A stretch of DNA of 64,000 bases from Candidatus Pacearchaeota archaeon (GTDB taxonomy: Archaea; Nanobdellota; Nanobdellia; Pacearchaeales; UBA284), in contig JAVZYK010000001.1 in NCBI GenBank assembly GCA_038886195.1, forward strand, positions 80,339 through 144,338. The letters are read 5' to 3'. This document shows positions 1-9,207 of the stretch, piece after piece. The translations under genes and the position numbers were made by a program. The notes beneath the pieces were generated by a model. The model saw nothing but the letters and a program-made list of their open reading frames with translations. It ran no database searches and was not told the DNA's origin. How positions within the stretch are numbered: the stretch's first letter is position 1; each line of letters opens with the position of its first letter.

Positions 1-1154
1 AGGTGTCTTTCTACGATATAGCCTATGTCCAATTCTTCAACAAGTTGTTCTCTAAGCTCTTCAGTTATTCTCTTTCTTTTGCCATCTGGTCTTATAATAC
101 CGCTTGCAGCTGGATAATCAATCTTTTTAACAATATCTTTCAATTTTTTTATGTTCTGTGAAGTAACTCTTTCTGGAACTGTTAAGACGCGAGCTATTTC
201 AAATGGTACGCCAACTTCGTTAAGTTCGATATAAGGATCTGGTGATACTACGGTTCTTGAGCTGAAATTTACTCGTTTTCCAGCAAGATTATGTCTTATT
301 CTTCCTTCCTTTCCTTTGATTCTTTCTGTTATCGTTTTTAATGGTTGTCCGCTTCGGTGTCTTGCGGGAGGAATATGAGCAATAGTATTATCAAAGAAAG
401 TTGTCACATGATATTGTAATAGATCCCATAAATCTTCGATAATTACTTCTGGAGCGCCAGCATTAAGATTTTCCCACAATCTTTGATTTGCTCTTACGAT
501 ATCGCTAAGTTTGTGAGTCAAATCATCTTCACTACGTTCTCCCGTTTCTAAAGTGATTGAAGGCCTTACTGTTACAGGAGGTACAAGAAGCAAAGTCAAT
601 ACAGCCCATTCAGGACGACAGAATTTTGGGTTAATGCCAAGCACTTCACAATCTTCATTAGAAATTTTTGCAAGTCTTTCACGGATTTCTATTGGGAATA
701 TTCTTGTTTTTCCTATATAGAAGTTGGTTGGTTTTTCTAATTTTATCTTTTCTTGTTTTGCTCCGCAATGTGGACATTTTTTTACTGTTCTTGCTTTTTC
801 TACCTTTTTTTGTTTTATTTCTTCATCTGTTAAAAGAATTCTGCCGCATTCTTGACAAGTGCTCTTTAGACACAATTCAATAAGTGGAAGGAATTTGATA
901 TGTAAAACAGGCCTTGCTAATTCAATGTAGCCAAAATGTCCTAAACATTCTTTTAATGTTCCACCACAAGTTCTGCATCTAACACCAGGTCCAGAAGCTC
1001 CGAGTCTTAAATCCATTAATCCTCCATCTACTGGGTAGCCATCCATATCGTAAAGTTCTGGAGTTACAATTTTTACTGCCCCAAATTTCTTAATTTGCTC
1101 CGGCGAAAATAATGAAAATTGAATTTCTTTAACTTGCTTGATGATCGGTTCCAT
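1..1154 (-). CDS. rpoA1: DNA-directed RNA polymerase subunit A' (N-terminal part; the gene runs off the window start)
   Basis: Minus-strand ATG at 1154..1152 gives MEPIIKQVKEIQFSLFSPEQIKKFGAV... with the zinc-binding CxxC...CxxC clamp region and LRLG motifs typical of RpoA'/Rpb1 N-terminus. It lies immediately downstream of rpoB' as in the canonical archaeal rpoH-B-A operon. It is not in the supplied ORF track, presumably because it has no in-window stop. Confidence 0.85.
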   Translation of the reverse strand, partial: MEPIIKQVKEIQFSLFSPEQIKKFGAVKIVTPELYDMDGYPVDGGLMDLRLGASGPGVRCRTCGGTLKECLGHFGYIELARPVLHIKFLPLIELCLKSTCQECGRILLTDEEIKQKKVEKARTVKKCPHCGAKQEKIKLEKPTNFYIGKTRIFPIEIRERLAKISNEDCEVLGINPKFCRPEWAVLTLLLVPPVTVRPSITLETGERSEDDLTHKLSDIVRANQRLWENLNAGAPEVIIEDLWDLLQYHVTTFFDNTIAHIPPARHRSGQPLKTITERIKGKEGRIRHNLAGKRVNFSSRTVVSPDPYIELNEVGVPFEIARVLTVPERVTSQNIKKLKDIVKKIDYPAASGIIRPDGKRKRITEELREQLVEELDIGYIVERH

Positions 1155-1168
1155 TTTTTTAATTATTG

Positions 1169-2968
1169 TTAGTCTTCATATTTATTTTTCAATATTAAAC
1201 GAGGCAATAAATGTAATGAAATGAGCTCTTCGAACAAAAGTTTTGAAGCATAAGATATTTCTACAGGCTCTAGTTTGGAATTTCCGCATAAAGGACATAT
1301 TTCTCTTTTTCTTAACTTATCTTTAATGCCAAAGCTCCCGCATTTCGGGCAGATGTTTACTATAACGTTATCTGAACTGAATCTTTCTTTTAGCAGCAAT
1401 GAAGAGCCGTGTGCAACTAATGCATCTTTTTCCATTTCTCCCAATCTTAATGCGCCTCCTTTGGCTCTGCCTTCTACCGGCTGTCTTGTTAAAAGAGTAA
1501 TTTTGCCAGAAGCTCTTGCTTGTATTTTATTTGCTACCATGTATTTCAATTTTAGATAATACATGTTGCCTACAAATATCTTGGCTTCTAAAGGTTTTCC
1601 TGTTAATCCGTCGTAAAGAGTTTCTTTTCCATCAGATCTGAAGCCCAATTCCAATAAGAATTTTTCAAGTTCTTCTATGCTTTGTTCAGAAAATGCTGTA
1701 CCATCTATATTTTCGCCTTTTAAACATCCAACTTTTCCTCCAAGAAGTTCGATAAGATAAGATACAGTCATTCTGCTTGGCAGTCCATGAGGATTGAAAA
1801 TTAAATCTGGCTTAACTCCTTGAGCTGTAAAAGGCAAGTCTTCTTCTGGTGCAATCATTCCGATTACTCCTTTCTGGCCATGCGGAGTAGCGAATTTATC
1901 CCCAAGTTCAGGAATTCTATTGTCTCTTGTCCTTACTTGTACTATTTTTCTACCTTCACCATCTATCGTTATAAAAACAGCATCAACTATGCCCTTTTCA
2001 CTCTGTCTAATAACAGTGCTGTTTTCTTTTTTGGCTCTCGCTAATGAAATTTCTTCCATTTCTAGCAAAAACTTCGGAGGAGAAACTTTGCCTATAACGA
2101 CATCTTCTTCAGAGAGTTCAGCTTCTGGATAAACAATACCGTCTTCTTCAAGATTCCTATAAACTTTTTCAGTTCTATAGCCGCTTACATCTTTTGTTGG
2201 AATGCAAATTTCATCTTTTAAATTACCAGTATAATGAAGTTCTACTGAAGTATATGGCCTAAAATAAGTGCTACGTCCCAAACCTCTTTCTATTGAAGCT
2301 TTATTTATAACTATAGCATCACTCATGTTATAACCTTCGAAAGGCATTATTGCTACCACGACATTTTGTCCGGCCGGATAGAAATTTTTAATAGTGTCAT
2401 AGACGAAACTCTTAACTATTGGTTTCTGAGGGTAATGAAGTATGCTTACATCAGTATCTATTAAGTCAAGATAGTTTGCAGCGTATAAGCCCAAAGCTTG
2501 TTTTTGTGTTTTACTACCTCTGTTAAGTCTAGAACTATGATCGTGATTGGCAAAAGGTACTAAGGCAGTGATTAAACCAAACATGGCTATTGGACTTATT
2601 TCAACATGAGTATGTTCTGGAGTTAATTCATCAGGAGTCATTGCTATTAATAAGTTGTCTTCTTCTGCAGCATCTACATACTCTATTATGCCTAGATTAA
2701 CCAAATCATCCCAGTTTAATTCTCCTTTGATTATTGCTTCTATATGCTCTTGCTTAAGCATTGACTTGCCATCTTTTGCTATAATTAGAGGTCGTAGAAC
2801 TCTGCCGCTATCCGTGGTTAAAAAAATAGTGTTTATTATTTTATCAAATCTTACACTCAATTCTTGAGGAAATTCACCGTTTCTTCTTTTTTCTCGGATT
2901 TGTTGGACAAATGTTTCAGCATTGTCTACTTCGCCTATAAATCTTCCATTATAAAATACATCAACCAT
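1169..2968 (-). CDS. rpoB1: DNA-directed RNA polymerase subunit B' (C-terminal half of split RpoB)
   Basis: 599 aa. GDKFATPHGQKGV catalytic-region motif and a C-terminal Zn ribbon (CPKCGS...CPLCGN). It follows B'' directly, which is the archaeal split rpoB arrangement. Confidence 0.92.
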   Translation of the reverse strand: MVDVFYNGRFIGEVDNAETFVQQIREKRRNGEFPQELSVRFDKIINTIFLTTDSGRVLRPLIIAKDGKSMLKQEHIEAIIKGELNWDDLVNLGIIEYVDAAEEDNLLIAMTPDELTPEHTHVEISPIAMFGLITALVPFANHDHSSRLNRGSKTQKQALGLYAANYLDLIDTDVSILHYPQKPIVKSFVYDTIKNFYPAGQNVVVAIMPFEGYNMSDAIVINKASIERGLGRSTYFRPYTSVELHYTGNLKDEICIPTKDVSGYRTEKVYRNLEEDGIVYPEAELSEEDVVIGKVSPPKFLLEMEEISLARAKKENSTVIRQSEKGIVDAVFITIDGEGRKIVQVRTRDNRIPELGDKFATPHGQKGVIGMIAPEEDLPFTAQGVKPDLIFNPHGLPSRMTVSYLIELLGGKVGCLKGENIDGTAFSEQSIEELEKFLLELGFRSDGKETLYDGLTGKPLEAKIFVGNMYYLKLKYMVANKIQARASGKITLLTRQPVEGRAKGGALRLGEMEKDALVAHGSSLLLKERFSSDNVIVNICPKCGSFGIKDKLRKREICPLCGNSKLEPVEISYASKLLFEELISLHLLPRLILKNKYED

Positions 2969-2971
2969 TTT

Positions 2972-4450
2972 TTATTTGAAAGTTTTCATTCCCATTTTTT
3001 CTAAAGCATTTATGAATTCCTTTTCTTCAAGTTTCACCGTGGTGCTTACTTTGGCTAACATAGATAAATTTTTTCTTAATCCTATGCTTGTTCCTTCTGG
3101 AGTTTCTATAGGACAAAACCTTCCATAATGGGTTGGATGCAAAGTCCTCGCTTTGAAATTTTCCTGTTCAGACGGAAGTAAGCTTACAACTCTTTGTAGT
3201 TGAGATAATACTGCTAAGCCATTTGTTTTATCCATATTCTGTGTTACTCCTGTTCTTTGTCCTATCCATGAACCGGTAGCTAATGCGCTTTCAATTCTAT
3301 GTGAGAATAAAGTTGACTTTGCAAGACTTTTGATCGAATAAAATTTTTTCTTCCTTGCAATTTTTAATAAATTGTGTTGTAAATCTCTAACAAATATAGT
3401 TAAATTCACTCTGAACAAGTCGGTTAACAAATCACCACTTAAACGAACACGTTTATTAGCATAATGGTCTTTATCGCTTTCTAGTTTTAATTCCTTAGCT
3501 ATTAGAAAATGTTTTATTAATTTACATAATGTGAGCGCTTTTTCTTTCCTGTTTTCTGGTTTTGTTCCTATATGCGATAAGAAAGTTGAGTCAAGTCTAG
3601 CTTTAACTCTATCAAGAATTTCTTTTTTCGTTCCTTCTAGTGACATTAGTTGTGCTATTGCAATCATCGCACTTTCTGAATCTTGAATTGAAGCATGTTC
3701 ATATAGATTTACTATAAGCGCTTCAGATTCCTTTCCTATAAGAGATGCAATATCAGAATCTTTTGTTATGCCCAGCGCTTTTATAACAAGAATTGCAGGA
3801 ATGTTCTTGAACCTAGAGAATGAAACATAAATGATGCCTTCTGAAGATTGATTAATTGTTATAGGAATTCTATAAGCTCCGCGGCTTGAAAAAAGTCTTA
3901 AAGCAAGTCCTTTTGGAGTTTCTTCTGTAAATGCTTGATTTTGCGCTAAATCTTCTATCATCACTAAAACTCGCTCGTTTCCATTAATTATAAAGTATCC
4001 TCCTGGATCGTTAGGATCTTCATAATTTTTAATCAATTCTTCAGAAGACATTCCATGAATATTACAATATTTGCTTTTAACCATTATCGGAATTTTTCCT
4101 ATTTCCACTGGAGTATATTCTTTATTTCCTATTCCTATTTCAAGATAGATAGGAGCGGAATATGTTATTTTTCTAAGTCTTGCTTCAATTGGCAAAATGT
4201 TGCGAATGGAACCGTCAGCTTCTACGATTTGCGGCTTACCTACGCTAATTTTTCCTAACCACAATTCTATTTCATCTTTAGGAATTTCTTCATTAATTGT
4301 ATCGATTATTTGTTGTAGTTTATTGTCTATAAAATCATTAAATGAGAGAATGTTAGATTCTATTAAAGAATGTTCTTGAAGATATTTTTTAATTAATATG
4401 TTCATCGTATCTTTTTTCTTTATTTCGTCCTTATTTTCTACATCTGTCAT
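2972..4450 (-). CDS. rpoB2: DNA-directed RNA polymerase subunit B'' (N-terminal half of split RpoB)
   Basis: 492 aa with RpoB N-terminal lobe and protrusion-like sequence. Its position between rpoH and rpoB' matches the canonical archaeal operon. Confidence 0.9.
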   Translation of the reverse strand: MTDVENKDEIKKKDTMNILIKKYLQEHSLIESNILSFNDFIDNKLQQIIDTINEEIPKDEIELWLGKISVGKPQIVEADGSIRNILPIEARLRKITYSAPIYLEIGIGNKEYTPVEIGKIPIMVKSKYCNIHGMSSEELIKNYEDPNDPGGYFIINGNERVLVMIEDLAQNQAFTEETPKGLALRLFSSRGAYRIPITINQSSEGIIYVSFSRFKNIPAILVIKALGITKDSDIASLIGKESEALIVNLYEHASIQDSESAMIAIAQLMSLEGTKKEILDRVKARLDSTFLSHIGTKPENRKEKALTLCKLIKHFLIAKELKLESDKDHYANKRVRLSGDLLTDLFRVNLTIFVRDLQHNLLKIARKKKFYSIKSLAKSTLFSHRIESALATGSWIGQRTGVTQNMDKTNGLAVLSQLQRVVSLLPSEQENFKARTLHPTHYGRFCPIETPEGTSIGLRKNLSMLAKVSTTVKLEEKEFINALEKMGMKTFK

Positions 4451-4461
4451 TTTTAATACAG

Positions 4462-4671
4462 CTATGGAACAACCAAACGATAATAAAAGACTTTTCCAGT
4501 TTTAGTTTTGCGTTCTATTTTAATTATATCTCCAACTTTTGCGTCTTCTGGCAAAGCAGGATCTTTCTTTCTAATTTTTGGCAGCTGTTGTGGAGTAATA
4601 TTAAATTTTTCTAGCAGTGCCTTAGATTCTTCTGGCTTTAGTTTCGTATGCTTTGGCTGTAGAACATGCAT
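4462..4671 (-). CDS. rpoH: DNA-directed RNA polymerase subunit H (Rpb5-like)
   Basis: 69 aa (MHVLQPKHTKL...GDIIKIERKTKTGKVFYYRLVV), typical RpoH/Rpb5 C-terminal-domain sequence. It is the first gene of the rpoH-B''-B'-A' operon. Confidence 0.85.
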   Translation of the reverse strand: MHVLQPKHTKLKPEESKALLEKFNITPQQLPKIRKKDPALPEDAKVGDIIKIERKTKTGKVFYYRLVVP

Positions 4672-4863
4672 TTTTTCGACTATAAAAACAAAAATATCAT
4701 AGATAGTTTTTAAATCTTTTGGTTTCTTGTTTTTTCATTCTTATTGATTATTTTTATTATATATTTTATTATTTTTAATTGTAGCCACTATTTAATAGAT
4801 AAACAATCGAAAGATTTATAAATAATGTTATCTTTGAAAAATAGTAAAAATTTATAACAAAAA

Positions 4864-5652
4864 ATGACATTAAAAAGCGATTTAATAAAAAAAATTAAAT
4901 ATCATTTTGGCTTAAATATTTATGAAAGCAAAGTTTGGCTTGCTCTTTTGAGTAAGTCTATAGCCACAGTTGGCGAGATTGCAGAAATTTCAGGAGTTCC
5001 TAGAAGCAGGGTTTATGATGTTCTAGAAAGTTTAGAAAAGCAAGGTTTTGCTATAGCCAAATTAGGAAAACCTATAAAATATATTGCCGTAAAACCAGCA
5101 GTAGTTATAGAACACCTTAAAAATAATATTTTAAAAAATGCAGAAGAAAAAGCAAAAAATTTGGCTTCTATAAAAGAAACCGAAGAATATAGAGAGTTGG
5201 AGTTATTGCATAGCAAAGGCATTAAACCTGTACAACCAGAAGATCTTAGTTCCGCAATAAAAGGCAAACAGAATATTTATGCTCATATGAAGGAACTAAT
5301 ATCAAATGCAGAAAAAGAAGTGACAATTGTTTCCAATGCAGAATCTCTAAGACAAGAAGCATATTTTTTGAAACCCATATTTGATAAATTAAAAGCACAG
5401 GGTAAGGCAATTCATATAGCAGTAAGCGATAATCCTGAAAGCAAAGTCAATTTATCAGCTTTGTCAAAAGAATTGGGAGTGCCTATTAGAAAGATAAAGA
5501 TTAATGCAAAATTTTGTATAGTTGATAATTCAAAGCTTTTGGTTTTTGTTACGCCAAATGCGGATGATGAAAAAGAATTGGCTGTATGGATAAATAGTCC
5601 ATTTTTCTCTAGAGCTTTAACTACATTTTTATTACCTATTTGGCACGCTTAA
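4864..5652 (+). CDS. TrmB-family transcriptional regulator (paralog 1)
   Basis: 262 aa. N-terminal winged HTH (VWLALLSKSIATVGEIAEISGVPRSRVYDVLESLEKQGF) typical of TrmB. Its N-terminal 80 aa are nearly superimposable on the product of 31970..32788. Confidence 0.7.
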   Translation: MTLKSDLIKKIKYHFGLNIYESKVWLALLSKSIATVGEIAEISGVPRSRVYDVLESLEKQGFAIAKLGKPIKYIAVKPAVVIEHLKNNILKNAEEKAKNLASIKETEEYRELELLHSKGIKPVQPEDLSSAIKGKQNIYAHMKELISNAEKEVTIVSNAESLRQEAYFLKPIFDKLKAQGKAIHIAVSDNPESKVNLSALSKELGVPIRKIKINAKFCIVDNSKLLVFVTPNADDEKELAVWINSPFFSRALTTFLLPIWHA

Positions 5653-5725
5653 ATTTAATTTTTATATTTTCTGTAGAATTATTCAAGAGAAAAAAAGAAA
5701 AAAAACAAAAATAGAAAAAAGAGTT

Positions 5726-6070
5726 TTAACCTTTAGCCATAGAGAATACTGATTTTAGGGCTACGATTATTGTAGCTGGTACGAATAACATCAACATGTT
5801 GTTTAAGATATTCTGCAAGAAAGCTATGTCCCCTATTTTTAACATTGCAAAAACTGAACCACCAAAGTAGCTAACGATTACAAGAATCGCGCCAGCCAAT
5901 AAGAAAGGCTGTACTTCTACATCTGCTATGTTCAATAGTCCTATGATAATACCTATTATCACTAGAAGCCATCCAAGCCATAAGCCATATGCGAAAAATC
6001 CAAAGATTACTGCAAGAATAACTCCAATAAGGAAAGCCCACGCTCCTATTAAATTCTTTTTTTTAGACAT
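5726..6070 (-). CDS. small hydrophobic membrane protein, function unknown
   Basis: 114 aa with 3-4 predicted TM helices. No recognisable motif. Confidence 0.4.
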   Translation of the reverse strand: MSKKKNLIGAWAFLIGVILAVIFGFFAYGLWLGWLLVIIGIIIGLLNIADVEVQPFLLAGAILVIVSYFGGSVFAMLKIGDIAFLQNILNNMLMLFVPATIIVALKSVFSMAKG

Positions 6071-6165
6071 TTTACCTCCTTTTTATTTTAATATTAAATC
6101 TAGAAGACTAATCTCTTTTTAAAGTTTTTGTTTATTTTTTTCTATTATTGAGTGAATTTTAATAG

Positions 6166-6238
6166 AGCGCGGGGTGGGACTCGCACCCACGAATACTCGC
6201 TCTGCAGGCGAGCGCCGTTGCTACTGGGCCACCCGCGC
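6166..6238 (-). tRNA. tRNA-Cys (anticodon GCA)
   Basis: Hand-folded cloverleaf on the minus strand. Acceptor GCGCGGG/CCCGCGC, anticodon stem CTCGC/GCGAG with loop CTGCAGA, T-arm GTGGG-TGCGAGT-CCCAC. 73 nt with no encoded CCA. GC-rich island in an AT-rich background. Confidence 0.85.
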
Positions 6239-6302
6239 TTAAATTATTAATAAAATCATTAAGAATCAGTGCTTTTTAAATTTTTTATTGAATTGTTTAA
6301 TT

Positions 6303-6575
6303 TTATTTGAAAGAAATTTCTTTTAAAAACTCAAGGATTTCTTGTTCTGTTTTATATTCCTTTTTGGTTCTGTTTTTAATGTATAGGGCATGATTATAGC
6401 CAATTATTAATTTAAAATCTCCTTTAAAAATTTCTATCTCTGGATTTTTGTTATATCTTAGAATAAAATTGTAACCTTTATCCAACGCTAGTATTTTTCT
6501 TCCAATTTCTTCTATTGTCATCAATGGGCTTTTAATTTTTTCTTCTATGTTTTTATTTTTTCCAACTTCAGTCAT
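6303..6575 (-). CDS. hypothetical protein
   Basis: The track ORF 6303..6617 would overlap tRNA-Arg. Starting at the internal Met (MTEVGKNK..., about 90 aa) avoids the overlap. No motif recognised. Confidence 0.35.
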   Translation of the reverse strand: MTEVGKNKNIEEKIKSPLMTIEEIGRKILALDKGYNFILRYNKNPEIEIFKGDFKLIIGYNHALYIKNRTKKEYKTEQEILEFLKEISFK

Positions 6576-6587
6576 TTTTATTTTAAA

Positions 6588-6662
6588 CGGGCCCGACAGG
6601 ATTTGAACCTGCGACATCTTGCTTAGAAGGCAAGCGCTCTATCCAGGCTGAGCTACGGGCCC
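6588..6662 (-). tRNA. tRNA-Arg (anticodon TCT)
   Basis: Minus-strand cloverleaf. Acceptor GGGCCCG/CGGGCCC, D-arm GCTC..GAGC, anticodon stem CTTGC/GCAAG with loop CTTCTAA, T-arm GCAGG-TTCAAAT-CCTGT, discriminator G. 75 nt. Confidence 0.85.
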
Positions 6663-6704
6663 ATAATATCTATAAGTATTACAAATTTATAAAGTTTTAG
6701 AAAA

Positions 6705-7394
6705 TTATTTGTTATCTTCAACTGCTTTTTTAATATTCTCTAAAAAAGCATTTTTACAAATTTTACTAAATGCCACTACTTTATTTTTTCCATGCTCTTT
6801 TGCATATCTTAATGCAATATTTGCTTTTTCAAAAAGAGTTTGTTCGTTACTCTTTTCTTTGTTTTTTGGCATAAATCTCTCATAAAGGCTTTTTATTTCT
6901 ACATTTTCTTTTTCTAAAGGTTTGTTTTGAGCCACCCCTATACTAACAGTAACACCATAGTTAAATAAAAATTTGTCCGCCATAATTAAATTACGAAGTC
7001 GTTCGGCCATCTTTTCTGCTTCTTCTTCTTTAGTTTCGGGCATAAGTACTACAAATTCTTCTCCACCGAAACGAGCCGCAATATCTGTTTCACGAATGTT
7101 GCTTTTTATTATAGTAGCAACAAGTTGTAAAATTTCATCGCCTCGAAGATAGCCGTAATTGTCATTTATTTTTTTAAAATCATCTATATCTATAATGATT
7201 AATGAAAGAATTCTACCGTAGCGTTCAGAAATTGCTAGCTCATGTTTAAACTCAGAACTAAAATATCTGTAATTGTAAAGCTGCGTTTTTGTGTCTACAG
7301 TTGCTAGATAGTATAGTTTTGCTATTTTTTGTGCGTCCAATGTTATTTCTTTTTTGTCACTGTTTTGTCCAAGAATTTTTTTAAGCCAATCCAT
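6705..7394 (-). CDS. GGDEF-domain protein (putative diguanylate cyclase, GGEEF variant), no sensor domain
   Basis: 229 aa with the full GGDEF signature set: YNYRYF (the DxLTGLxNRR region), IIIDIDDFKKINDNYGYLRGDEIL, RFGGEEFVV, SIGVA, ALRYAKEHGKNKV. Confidence 0.75.
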   Translation of the reverse strand: MDWLKKILGQNSDKKEITLDAQKIAKLYYLATVDTKTQLYNYRYFSSEFKHELAISERYGRILSLIIIDIDDFKKINDNYGYLRGDEILQLVATIIKSNIRETDIAARFGGEEFVVLMPETKEEEAEKMAERLRNLIMADKFLFNYGVTVSIGVAQNKPLEKENVEIKSLYERFMPKNKEKSNEQTLFEKANIALRYAKEHGKNKVVAFSKICKNAFLENIKKAVEDNK

Positions 7395-7451
7395 TTTTTA
7401 TATATTGTAATTATAAATTATATTTAAAAATCTAACTATTCTCGTCATATT

Positions 7452-8219
7452 ATGATAGATTGTCATTGTCATTTAGAACAAAAGGATTATGATAAAGATC
7501 GCGAACGAATAATAGAACAGTGCAAGCAAAAGCTCAAGGCTTTAGTAACTTGCGCAGCACATCCTAGAGACATTACATTGACATTAGAATTAGTTAAAAA
7601 ATATAAAGGGTTTGTTTTTTGTTCTGTAGGAATACATCCTGAATACATTAAAGAAATCTCAGAAAAAGAAATTAATAAAACAATTAAAGAAATTGAGGAA
7701 AATAAACGAGAGATTTCTGCAATAGGTGAGATAGGTTTAGATTATTATTGGATTAAAGAGCCAGAGTGGAGAGAAAAACAAAAAGAATTGTTTAGGAAAA
7801 TGATTGTTCTAGCTAAAAGATTAAATTTGCCTTTAATAATTCATAGCAGAGATGCAACAGAAGACGCAATAAAAATTTTAGAACAAGAAGGGATGAAAAA
7901 TAAAAGGGTTTTAATGCATATGTTTAATGATCGAAAATTTCTTCAAAGAGTTATTGACAATGATTGGTTCATTTCAATTGGTCCTGGAATAAAAAAATCA
8001 AAAGATATAAAGAAAATCGCAAGAGACACGCCTTTATCAAAGATAATGCTCGAAACAGATTCGCCTTGGTTTGCACAAGAAGGACAGAAATATGGAATGC
8101 CATTGAATGTTAAAATCGCTTGTGAGAAAATTGCCGAAATTAAACACATCTCGATAGAAGAAGTTGAAAAGCAAACAGATTTAAATGCTATTGAGTTTTT
8201 TAATCTTGGGATAAAATGA
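7452..8219 (+). CDS. tatD: TatD-family metal-dependent hydrolase/DNase
   Basis: 255 aa. N-terminal IDCHCHL metal-binding motif, then MHMFNDR and LETDSPW motifs typical of the TatD fold. Confidence 0.8.
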   Translation: MIDCHCHLEQKDYDKDRERIIEQCKQKLKALVTCAAHPRDITLTLELVKKYKGFVFCSVGIHPEYIKEISEKEINKTIKEIEENKREISAIGEIGLDYYWIKEPEWREKQKELFRKMIVLAKRLNLPLIIHSRDATEDAIKILEQEGMKNKRVLMHMFNDRKFLQRVIDNDWFISIGPGIKKSKDIKKIARDTPLSKIMLETDSPWFAQEGQKYGMPLNVKIACEKIAEIKHISIEEVEKQTDLNAIEFFNLGIK

Positions 8220-8476
8220 ATATATTAACAATTATATTAGTGATCATTATTGCTTTGTTAGGCTATCCAACAGGGCTATTAATTGCGAAATTTACAGAAG
8301 AAGAACTTCACACAGGAAGAAAATGGTTTAAGTTGATCATTGTTGTATGTATTTTAGCAATAATTGTTTCGATTTTCATTGCTAAAGCCGAAACTTTGCT
8401 TTTTTTGATTTCAAGTTTTATTTTCATCTTGCTAGTGGCCCTAGCATCTTTAATTAAATCGAGGAAAAAGAAGTAA
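8216..8476 (+). CDS. small membrane protein (2 TM), unknown function
   Basis: 86 aa. Its start overlaps the tatD stop by 4 nt (ATGA-type coupling), and its stop abuts the dph5 start. Strongly hydrophobic with a C-terminal KKK. Confidence 0.4.
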   Translation: MNILTIILVIIIALLGYPTGLLIAKFTEEELHTGRKWFKLIIVVCILAIIVSIFIAKAETLLFLISSFIFILLVALASLIKSRKKK

Positions 8477-8477
8477 A

Positions 8478-9200
8478 ATGCTATATCTCATTGGCCTTGG
8501 ACTTGATTTGAAAGATATCTCATTAAAAGGAATGGAAGCAATAAAAAAATGCCACAAGATTTATTTAGAAATTTACACAACTTTGTTGCCTTACAAAAAA
8601 GCAGCTTTAGAAAAGATTATCGGGAAGAAAGTCATTATAGCTATGCGCGAGGATGTTGAGAATAAAGGAAAAGAATTTGTAAAAGAAGCCCAGAAGAAAA
8701 ATGTCGCACTATTAGTTTATGGCGATCCTCTGGCTGCGACAACACACATCTCGTTACTTCAAGAGGCAAAGAAACTAAAAGTGCCAGTTAAAGTTTTACA
8801 CAATAGCTCAATTTTTAATGCAATCAGCGAAACTGGCTTACATCTTTACAAGTTCGGTAAAACCGCCTCGATTCCAGAATGGCATAAAGGCTATGAACCG
8901 GTTTCTTTTTTTAATGTAGTTAAGGAAAATTTAAGCATTAATGCACATACTTTGTTACTTGTTGATATTGGGTTAAGTTTTGAAAAAGCATTGTATGAGT
9001 TGGAAAAAGCCTCGAGAGGCATGATTGATAATATAATTGTTTGCTCGAGGCTCGGAACAGATGAACAATATATAGTTTATAGCACATTGAAAGAGTTATT
9101 GAAAAATAAAAAGATTCAAGCAAAAGTCAAAGAACCTTTTTGTTTCATTGTTCCTGCTTCGTTGCACTTTACAGAAGCCGAGTTTTTAGAGTTGTTTTGA
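8478..9200 (+). CDS. dph5: diphthine synthase (diphthamide biosynthesis methyltransferase)
   Basis: 240 aa. N-terminal MLYLIGLGL...DI(S/T)LKG...IYLE, the tetrapyrrole-methylase-fold signature of archaeal/eukaryotic Dph5. Consistent with an aEF-2-containing archaeon. Confidence 0.85.
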   Translation: MLYLIGLGLDLKDISLKGMEAIKKCHKIYLEIYTTLLPYKKAALEKIIGKKVIIAMREDVENKGKEFVKEAQKKNVALLVYGDPLAATTHISLLQEAKKLKVPVKVLHNSSIFNAISETGLHLYKFGKTASIPEWHKGYEPVSFFNVVKENLSINAHTLLLVDIGLSFEKALYELEKASRGMIDNIIVCSRLGTDEQYIVYSTLKELLKNKKIQAKVKEPFCFIVPASLHFTEAEFLELF

Positions 9201-9207
9201 ATTGAAT

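Noticed and set aside
1275-2867. Plus-strand ORFs of 70-94 aa inside rpoB' (1275..1559, 1820..2044, 1920..2132, 2655..2867)
   Set aside because: Antisense to a highly conserved RNA polymerase gene, with low-complexity S/F/L-rich translations typical of AT-rich antisense frames.
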